A stretch of DNA of 60,057 nt, the filler included, from Hausera hauseri (lineage: Eukaryota): the NCBI GenBank assembly GCA_046269625.1. It is 11 parts of 11 records of this genome, joined end to end, with 100 filler letters (N's around TTAATTAATTAA, not from the genome) between each part and the next. Parts side by side here need not be neighbours in the genome. Positions count along the whole stretch, not along the records: positions 49,064 to 54,569 come from JBJURY010239739.1; positions 54,670 to 60,057 come from JBJURY010264398.1; 9 more parts are not named here. One strand, written 5' to 3'. The first letter of the stretch is position 1, and every line of letters starts with the position of its first letter. Position numbers and translations under genes: made by a program. This document shows, in pieces, positions 50,250 through 60,057 of this stretch. The notes under the pieces are model-generated. The model ran no database searches. It was not told the origin of the DNA and worked only from the letters and a program-made list of their open reading frames with translations.

Positions 50250-53200
50250 GGAAATAGCCCAAGCCCCCCGCGCATCTTGTCGTTCCCCTGGGATCGCCTC
50301 AAATTCTACCAACAGTGGCTAAAATCCAACATCACCGATTCTTTTGTGCGGGCCAATAGTCTTTTGATACTTCTGCCTGTCAACGTCAAGCAGCAGATAA
50401 GTAACATCTCCGAACTACTCCAATACTCGACACCTTACGAGACACTCTGTGAAGCTGTACTGCATATCACGGATACTTTGATTGACAATATAATACAAAA
50501 GTATTTTAACGACCACGAGATAGGAAACCAGAAGTCATCCTACTTTCGCCAAACGCCCATTCTGTAGCTTAGTGCTCTAGGAGTAACACCTATGAATAAC
50601 GCGGATTTAATTCGCCGTTACTTCTTGTCATCTTTGCCCACCTCAATCAGAGCCTTATTCACCATTGTCAACGATTCCACTGCTATCAAAAACTGGCAAT
50701 AATGGCTTTCAAATCCTTTGAGATTCTCAATACCAACGGTTCTCTCCCAATTGCGGCTGCAACCACACATGTTTCAACTACAAACACAACATTCTTCATT
50801 CAACAATTTTAAATGATGAAACAACAGTTTGACAAGTTACAGCAGTCAATTTCGGCCATTACTACTCAACTAAACAATCTTAATGGGCCTCGAAGAAGTG
50901 ACATCAGACCTTCAAAAGAGCGAAGCACTTCGAGACACTCTACTCGATCCCTTTCACTTGGTGGACGTATGACGTGCTTTTATCACACGCGATTTCGTAA
51001 GGATGCAAGGAAATGCTTTTTGGTTGTCGATTCTGCAGCAAACGATACGCGGTAGACAACCCTATTTGCATCTACCACAACAAGTATTAGTCACAGGCCA
51101 GATCATGTGTGCATGGTTGCAAACACTACAAAAATAAATCTCCTCCCTTTTCTTCTCCTTCTTCCTTTTCTCCAAATTCTTCAAAAAACTAATAATGCTG
51201 CAAGATTTTACTGCACATTCTGGCGCAGGCAATGCCGCTCAATCTTCTGGCGTTTCAACACTGACTCCGCAGTCTTTCTGTTGAAAGCTGCACTGTTATG
51301 CAGCGATACCTCACATATCAAATTCCTTCCCTTGTCCTTCACTTCTACATCCACTACAGTTTCCTTTTCACCGCTTTTCACTGCCAGTGGTCAACCGTCG
51401 TACGTTGCAGGAACCACGGAATTGTCTTTCACATTCGCCAACTTGCCAAATAAGTTCATCTGGAAGTTCCACGTGACCAATATTAAATCTCCCATAATAG
51501 ACTCAGATTTTTTTGCCGCATATGATCTATTGGTTGATTGCAAATACGGCTGCCTTCTGAGCCGGAACTCGATCGCAATTCCAAACGTATGTTTCGCAGA
51601 AAATCTAGCGAACACCTCAATGCACTATTCTATAATTATACTGAATACCTCGTCAAATACTAACGAGTATAACAATCACAAACCAATTTTGAATACCTCG
51701 TCAAATGCTAACAAGTATAACAATCAGAAATCAATTTTAAAACAAAAATCCAAACTGAATATTCACAGTGGAAACGCCGGTTGTTCTTCGTCAATTACTG
51801 CAACTGTCTCGTCCGATGATATACCTCATTCATTCTCATCTATAGACTTCGATCTTAAATCATATGTTGCATCCTCTTGCTTTCGCATAGTTAAAAGGGA
51901 CGTCAACTTCAAGCCTCCATCCACAACTTATCACCATATAGTAACAGATCATCAGAGGCCTATTAAACAAAAGGTCAGACCTTTGTCGCCACGCAGACGT
52001 AAGGCTGTGGAACAAGAATTTAATGAAGTGGAAAAGTCTGGCATCGTTCGGAGATCGAATTCTCCATGGGCCTCTCCTCTTCATATAGTAGTAAACAAAG
52101 ATAGTACCTACAGGCCATGTGGCGACTATCGACAATTAAACAACCTAACTATTACATATGCCTATCCACTACCACTCATCAAGGATATTCTTCATAGCCT
52201 CAACAACACCAATACCTTTTCTACCATTGACCTGCACAAGGCTTACCATCAAATTCCTGTTGCACTTGATGACATTCCAAAAACTGCTGTCATTACACCA
52301 TTTGGTCTTTATGAATACATCTCCATGCCTTTCGGCCTTCATAGCGCATCTCAGACATTTCAGTGCCACATTGACACCGTCCTTTCTGGTCTTGATTTTG
52401 CTCACCTATACATAGATGACATATTAGTCGCTTCCTCCTTGATCAAACAACATCACGAGCACCTTAGGATTATTTTCTGCAGATTACATCAAAGCAATCT
52501 ACAAGTCAATTTCACCAAATACAATTTCTTCCAGAAACGCGTAAACTTCCTAGGCCACATGATTACTCCCAAAGGTCATTCGCTCCAGCCTGATCGCTTA
52601 CAACTATTAAAAAATGTGACCTTACCAACTACTACTACCGATATGAAGAGTTTTCTAGAGACATTGCATTTAGTATACAAATACTTGTCACATTGCTCCG
52701 AACTAACGGCACCTTTCGCACACCTCTCATCCGGGAGGAAAAGACAATTAATCCATTGGACTCCCGATCTAGTAAATCAATTTGATCGCCTTCGTGAAGT
52801 TCTGAAAACCGTTGCAATGTTGGCTTTTCCAAAATCAAACGCGGAACTAATATTAACTACTGATGCCTCCACCACAGCCACTGGTACGATACTACACCAA
52901 ATACACAATGGTGTGGATGAGCCGTTAGAATTCTATTCCCGAAAGCTTACGCAACCAAAAAGCCGATACGCAACATTCGATCGGGAACTCCTGGCCATAG
53001 TTCTAACGGTAAAGCATTTTAAGCATTAGCTCCAATTACGTCAAGTCGTCATCCAAACCGACCATAAACTTCTACTTCATATAATGACGTTGAAACAGCC
53101 ATCATACAGACAAGAATGACAGATTTTATACCTGTTGACATTTAGTTTTTCCATGAAATATATTTCAGGCACCGAAGATTTAGTTGCAGTTTTTTTGTCG

Positions 53201-54569
53201 CGGTCGGTCAACTCAATTACAGTTTAGCCAATTTTCTCTTCTGAAGTCCTGAGAAGTAATCAGCCATCATTTGATATTCTCCAAGCTTTTAAATCCGTTA
53301 AGATCATCGATAGCATCACCTACGACACATCTAACTCGACTAATAAAAAATCATTCTTGCTCCATCGCTACAAAAGACAGATTTCAATCACTTTCACTCT
53401 CTTCATCACCCGTATTCAAAAGCCACATTCCGTCTACTGCAACGCCATGTTGTATGGTCGATTTTGCGTACAGATGTACAGGTCTGGGTTAAGGGATATG
53501 TAGCATGTCAACAATATAAGGTTCATAAACACCTCACACCACCACTTTATCACTTCCCTTGCACGTTTCGTTTTGACACCGTTCATTTGGATCTTGTGGG
53601 TCCTTTACCATCCGATAACGGCTATCAATATATCTTATCCATGATGGATCGCGCTTCTTGCTGACCAGAAACCGTTCCGCTTCAATCAACCAACACTGAC
53701 TCAGCAGCAGATGCACTTATCAAAATAGGGGTCAACCGTTTTGGTTCACCACGTCACATAATAACGGACCAGATTACGCAATTTGAAGCTGATCGTTTTA
53801 AATCTCTGGTAAGGCACTTGGGGATAGCCCATTTCCATACGACGTCGTACCATATCCTAGAAAATGGTCTTCTTAAGAGATTTCACAGAACCATGAAGAC
53901 TTCCTTGAAAATCTTGGCAAACAACAATCATAACTGGACCTCAATTCTTCCCCTTGTCTTACTTGGTTGACGCAACACATCATCCACCACCACAGATTGT
54001 GTTCCAGCTGAGGCTCTCTGTGGAGCACCAATTCGCGCCCTATTTGAGCTCTCCAATCTCGATGAAAGTACGTCAGATGAAGTTATTCGCGCGGCACAGT
54101 CCCACTTTGTAGATGTAAACTCAAACGCATTTGTCGACTTATAAATAAAGACAAATATTATATTCCAGAGGACTTATACTCAGCCAAGTTTGTATGGCTG
54201 AAGGATCCGTCACCTTCTGGTTTTCGGTCTCAATACGTTGGCCCTTACAAACTACTCAACCTTTTTTCGCACACAGCTACTATTTTATGCAAAGACAAAC
54301 CTCAAAATGTACACATCTCTAATCTTAAGCCAGTATTCTTCGTTGACGATGACCAGGATGACAGCACTATTTCAAATCCTAACTCTAACCTCTCTTCCCT
54401 TGAGCCATCATCTAATTTCCTCGATGATTTTGATCTGTGACAGCAATTACTCTCACATCACAATCAGTGCTCTTCACGTCCATCACTGTCCACGGCTCCT
54501 TCACCACTTCGCCGTCATCGCCTACATATACACCACTCACTTCACCTTCATCGCACAATTCGTTTCCAT
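50250..54569 (+). mobile_element. Degenerate Gypsy (CsRn1-like) gag-pol
   Basis: gag with CFYH...ARKC motif, protease remnant, RT (SPWASPLHIV, CGDYRQLN, YIDDIL), RNase H (TTDAS, DRELLA), integrase (VHLDLVGPLP, ITDQ, RFHRTMK), GPY motif. Confidence 0.93.
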
Positions 54570-55246
54570 NNNNNNNNNNNNNNNNNNNNNNNNNNNNNNN
54601 NNNNNNNNNNNNNTTAATTAATTAANNNNNNNNNNNNNNNNNNNNNNNNNNNNNNNNNNNNNNNNNNNNCCACTAAGTGGAGTGCCAACAAATGTTTCGA
54701 GACCAAAACGCCCAGTCGCCAGACCTAGGAAGCCCCAAGAAGAAATTGACTACAATGGAGAACTGATAAGAGAGTTGAGACAGATGTCGATTCCTACTTT
54801 TAACGCAGACAATGAGGAATTAAGCGAGCTAATGAAGAATTTAATACGTATTGTAAATTATTCAAGTCTCCGTTGTAATCCATTAGACGATAAAGAAAAG
54901 GCGATATTTGACGCAGCTAGGACAATGAGAAATTCGCTTTTAAAGCTGCCAAAAAGCAGCTTTACTGATGACGTAGTAGTGGAGAAGATTATGGTAGAAA
55001 ATACAACAGAAGAGCTAAGAGAAGTATTACTGTTTGGCAATTAAGACAAATCCAAATGGAGAAAATGAACTAAATCGAGCTACTAGTTTGGCGCGAAAGG
55101 CATTTAGAAAACTCCCGTGGGAAGTAAATTGGCCGAAATTGTTCTATAAGGAAGAAGATAAAAGAACCAGCAGTAATAATTGACTAGGAGATATCATTCG
55201 GAACTTGACGACAACGGACAATAACAACAGAAAGAACGAATCTAAT

Positions 55247-57070
55247 TGGTTAATCAGTTTACTTACCATAATGATGTTGATAAAACATATTGGCGCTGTC
55301 ACCGTTTACGACTGCGATAGATTTAAGCTTGGACAAAAATACTCACTAGTGAATTTAGAAACATGTGAAGATGCCAGACCACACAAATTAGAAACAAAAA
55401 AGAAGAGTTACTTCCCATACCAACAACAAGAATTAATAGCTTTGGATGATATGGAATGTAGGATGAGATGGTCTCGTAGCATTTTCCACTGTGGACTAAT
55501 GCATGGACACTCCTCTATAATGAAACCAACGACCCCTCCAATTCCAATGAACTTAGAAAGGCAACACTGCAATCAGGCCAGAGAAACCGGAAAACTGAAA
55601 TGGGATAGTATGGAACTGGAAATTCAGCCCGGAAAGATAATCAGAGCATATAATATAGTAGTTGGTAGGTTAGATATGCATAACGGGCACTGTAGTGGAG
55701 CGGAATACGACACCGGAAAAGGATTAGAGGCAAACGTGGTAGTAGTAGACTTTTACGAATCAGAAATGCGAGTACAGAAGGTAATGTTTCATAGCGTCAT
55801 AAAACTATATACCGAAAATCAAAAATGTCATATACAGGATGGAACCTGTGCTTTTAGAAGTTCTATCGTCATATGGGAACCGCCCGCTGGAAAAGACCGT
55901 GATTTTATTAAGATTAAGGAATTGAAATTTAATGAAACTACCGAAAAACGATATGTAAACAAATTCGACATCAGTTTAAGAGCACGGGAAGACGTATCAG
56001 AGCATCATACACCTACGATACTAATCTCTGATCAACCTGGATTGAAATTCATAATAAAGGAAATGATTTTGCGTTGTGAAGTAGTAATGTTCACCACTAA
56101 TTACGAAGCGTTCTTCGTCGCAGAAACAAAGATAAACGCAAAAACATACAGATTGGAAACGCAAGACATTAGAATCGAAGATTATTTGAAAAATCGAGAC
56201 GATTATTCTTACTACAAAGGACAAGTCGGAATAGCCGAACTATGTCACAAAATGACAATTAATGACTGAAAATTAGACACGGAAATTATGAGGACAAAAT
56301 TAGCTCTTATCTACGCAAACCCTGAGTTAGCATCACCAATTATTCCCATGAGAAAAGGAATTTTTGGCCCAGTTACTGACGAAGTTCTACTAACATATGA
56401 ATGTGAGAAACAAATGTACTAATCAACGTCGAAGAAAAACGATATATACAGGAGCTGCCTGTAATTTACCAGAACACTCCGCGATTAGCCACACCTCTTA
56501 CTAGAGTACTATTAGACAATACAACACAACCTACAATCTTAAAGGATTGTAAAGCAAGTATTGGCAAACCAATGTTTAGGCGTAGCGAAACGGATTGGGT
56601 TAGCTTACCTAATGGAGGTGTCACTATCATTCCAAAAAAACTAACCGGAACTAATTTAGCAAAGGGAATTACTGATGACAAATTCCAGGACACATCTCAA
56701 AAGGGTATTTATATACCGAAAGAAATTGAAGCTTTTCGACAATTCCTCGCTTTTCCACGACAGCGAACACACGAATTAAACCGAGCTATAGCATTAGTAG
56801 TGGACGATACCCGACATCAAACTAAATGAGAATCTTTACTCGGAGCAAACCATTATCAATGAGTAACCACAGAAATACTCTACAAAATATGGGGAAGATT
56901 TTTAATTTTCGGACAAGCCGCATCTGGATTTTTACCAATCTATTTCTTGGTACAATTAGTAAAAGCGGTAATCCAAGCATTTATAAACGTATATGAAATA
57001 TTTACGGTAACAGAATTTTCTTGCAAAATTTTAACCGCAATTATCACCCTGTTTGGCAAAATGCTTAAAG
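55247..57070 (+). pseudogene. Envelope glycoprotein, chuvirus-G / gB-like (copy 2)
   Basis: 354-aa open stretch 55205-56269 with signal-like segment, VTVYDCD and the Cys pattern seen in copy 1; hydrophobic C-terminus at ~56880-57060. Confidence 0.82.
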
Positions 57071-57729
57071 CATAGGAAGATAATCGATGGAAAAATGACG
57101 TTGAACACCACGTCGGCTAACATAATTATAAACGACGAGCAAGACCCACATTTCTAATAAAACGCAAAACTAAGAGATCAACAACACAAAGAAATGACTC
57201 CAATTATGAGGAGCCTAAGGGAGGAGAAGCGATCCTCAGACAAAATAGACACAAAATGTATTTAGTAATCAAGGCACCCTTGCCTATCATGCCGACAACA
57301 GCTCCAATATATGAAGATTGTGATAGGACATCCATGGTTTCATACAAATCGGAGATCTGTTAGAAACCCTTTCGCTATGATGACCCGTATGAAGGAACAA
57401 AACAATATGGAGTAATAAAGAAAATGCAAATCACTAGTCAACGACAAGTGGACGATGACCATGGGGTAATATATTCACCGAGAATAGATCGTAACATAGA
57501 GACAAGATCGACAGTCTGGGGGACACAAGGAATGAAGTCGTTCCAAAACCCAATAACAAAAGAACCATTAATTAGAAATAACGCAGCAATTAACGACTTA
57601 TACCCTAACGAAGAACTAAAACAGTTGACTGAGAATATCGTTTCATCACCAGAAATAACAATAAACGGACATAAGATTTCATTAATTAAACGACCAAAAG
57701 ACATGTCAAATTGCTATGGAACCGTTATG

Positions 57730-59840
57730 GAAGGGTGACCCTTCACGAAAATTACTATTGAAGATTGGAAAGTTTATGCCTTAATCGACACCGAATCAGA
57801 GAAATCATTTATCAAGTTAGAATCAATACCACCGACGTTACGAAAACAACTACAGCCAGCATCGTCATCAGACCCTAGCAGCATAGGAGCTTTCGGACAG
57901 GAATCCAAACCGAAATGTAAATGGAATACTCTAGTTGAATTAATGGGTCAAATTCTCTGTTATGAATTCGCCTTAATGGATCAATTAACCGACGATCTAG
58001 TATTAGGTTGCGATATACTGAAACAGTTAACCAACATCGCAATAAACTTACAGACTGGAAACCTTTTGGAACTTGAACCAGTGAAAGGTATTAAGACAGT
58101 GAAAGAAAGGAAACTAGGAGAAGTATGGATCCCCGTCGATGAAAATATTCCGCCCAGAAACGAGATGTTAATTTATGCTCAGATCCGCGAAGAAGACTAC
58201 CAACCAATATATTTTGAGCCAAACAAGATGTTAATCAAAATATTATACTTAGTAACATTTTGACGAGAGTAACAACAGGAAGAGTACCGATTAGATCAGT
58301 TAATAACTCACCAACGCCCGTAAAATTATATGCGAATACTAAGTTGAGTCACACTTACAAAGTGTCTGCAATAACAATAGAAGAAAAACCGTACAAATAT
58401 GCCGAATTTCCACCTCATGTTGAAACAAAATTTTCACCAGAAGCATATTGCCAAAGTTACGAATTATTATGTAAATATAAATCGATTATTGCCCAAAATG
58501 AGGAAGATATAGGCAGAGCAAAAACGCTAAGATTGAAGATTCCATTAAAAATGAAACCTGGCTCAAAGGACGGAATTGATTTTAAAGAGCAAAAGATGCC
58601 ACAATGGCACCCACCACCTCATTCTCTAAGTCCCAAAATAACCAAAGAAGTAGAACGCATGTTAAAAGCTGACATAATACGACCGAGCTACCGATCTTGG
58701 TACTCACCAATACACATGGTTAAGAAAAAGGGTATTACGAAACATTGAGATTGTATAGATTACCGAGCCTTAAAAACACTTATGATGAAAGACTCATTCC
58801 CACTACCATCAGTGAAAAAAGCTTTAGACAGATTATCAGGAGAAAAATAGTTTACCACATTGGATTTGCAATCAGGATACTGGCAAGTAGAAATTGAAGA
58901 AGAAGACCGTTACAAAACGGCATTCAAGACGCGCGATGGAGTTTATGAATTTAACCTCATGCCAATTGGCATAACAACCGGCCCAGCTATCTTCACCAGA
59001 ACCATGAAGAAAATTCTAATGGGACTTGATCATGCATTCTCATATTTATACGATGTAATGATAGCATCAAGAACAGTAAAAGAGCACCTAAAGGATATCG
59101 AAGACACTCTTATGCGATTAGAACAAGCCAAATTAAAACTGAACCCAAAGAAATGTAAATGGGCACAAAATAATATATCCTATCTTGGACACATAGTCGG
59201 AGAAGCAGGGTCATAACCAGATAAATCTCTATTAAACAAAATATCAGATTGCATAGAACCCCAGAATCAAAAAGAATTAATGCATTGGTTAGGTTTATGT
59301 GGATATTATGCCACGTATGTACCAGACATCTCGAAAATAAATGCTCCATTATATAGACTACTGAAAAAGGGAATCAAATGGAAGTGGACCGATGTTGAAC
59401 AAAAAGCGTTTGACGAAATGAAGAAAATTTGAACAAGCGAACCAGTGTTGAAATACCCCGATTTCAATTTACCATTCGTAATTAAAACAAACGCAAGTAA
59501 AAAAGGAATTGGTTACGAATTGGCGCAGAAACGAGAAGATGAAGAATTGAACAACCCGATTGCATACGGACGACGATTACTTAAGAAAGCCGAATAAAAT
59601 TATTCAGTTACTGAATTAGAAACATTGGCTGTAAAGGATTCATTAAGACATTTTAATGTCTATGTATACGGACAGAAAACTATTATAGCTACCGATGACA
59701 AATCTGTGACAACGCTAAAAGGACGGGCAAATAACCCAACATGTAGGCTAAATAGATAAATTGAGGAAATCTCGCGATACAATATTGAATTTCAATATAA
59801 ACCTTGAAGCAAACATATCGACTCAGATGTTTTATCGAGA
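57730..59840 (+). pseudogene. Pol: protease, RT and RNase H (copy 2)
   Basis: ALIDTES (D at 57787), LVLGCDIL, WYSPIHMVKKK, LDLQSGYWQV, MPIGITTGPAIF, YLYDV, TNASKKGIG, NYSVTELETLAV; stops and frameshifts. Confidence 0.92.
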
Positions 59841-60057
59841 CTTGAAACAAAAACAAGTACAATTACGTCCATGAAGAAGGCCCAATTTGAAAAATTAGTC
59901 AAACGACAACGCGCTTTAACAATAAATAAAACAATTAAAATCTCTTCAGAACAAGCTAAAGATAAAGTTATCCAGCAAATAATCAAATTCACCAAGCAAG
60001 ATGAAATGCCGAAAGGACGTCAATAAAAGGAACACTTACAGAGACACGGACATAAAT

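Larger units (their letters stand above)
54670..60057 (+). mobile_element. Env-bearing Gypsy element, copy 2 (end of insert - env - PR - RT - RNase H)
   Basis: Colinear with 45950-48963, then continues into pol. Confidence 0.92.

Noticed and set aside
48964-54669. Idea that the CsRn1-like element is nested inside the env-bearing element
   Set aside because: Linkers on both sides show separate contigs, and the two env copies overlap in content.
8960-59840. Alternative genetic code to explain the frequent in-frame stops
   Set aside because: All three stop types occur along with frameshifts, they differ between copies, and eIF4G reads cleanly in the standard code.

Overview
AT-rich eukaryotic (animal-like) DNA made of 11 unrelated contigs joined by artificial 100-nt linkers (N44-TTAATTAATTAA-N44), so adjacency across linkers means nothing. 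One apparently intact host gene is present: eIF4G, with 43-50 nt introns, truncated at the 5' end. There is also a CYLD-like gene with an in-frame stop, decayed host-gene fragments (TDG, CEP135-like, MON2, USP9X-like), a Polinton/adintovirus-type pPolB remnant, a viral-type TBP remnant, CsRn1-like Gypsy elements, DNA-transposon relics and a long (GAAC)n satellite. Two things stand out. (1) Two diverged copies of a Ty3/gypsy element with the order gag - large insert with a ubiquitin-like domain - internal signal peptide + chuvirus/gB-like envelope glycoprotein - protease - RT - RNase H, apparently one polyprotein with env placed BEFORE pol. (2) Two ~2.3-kb insertions with related GC-rich T(G/A)TGGTGC 5' ends, CA 3' ends and 5-bp flanking duplications, each carrying different co-oriented host-gene fragments. 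All homology calls come from motif recognition by eye; no searches were run.
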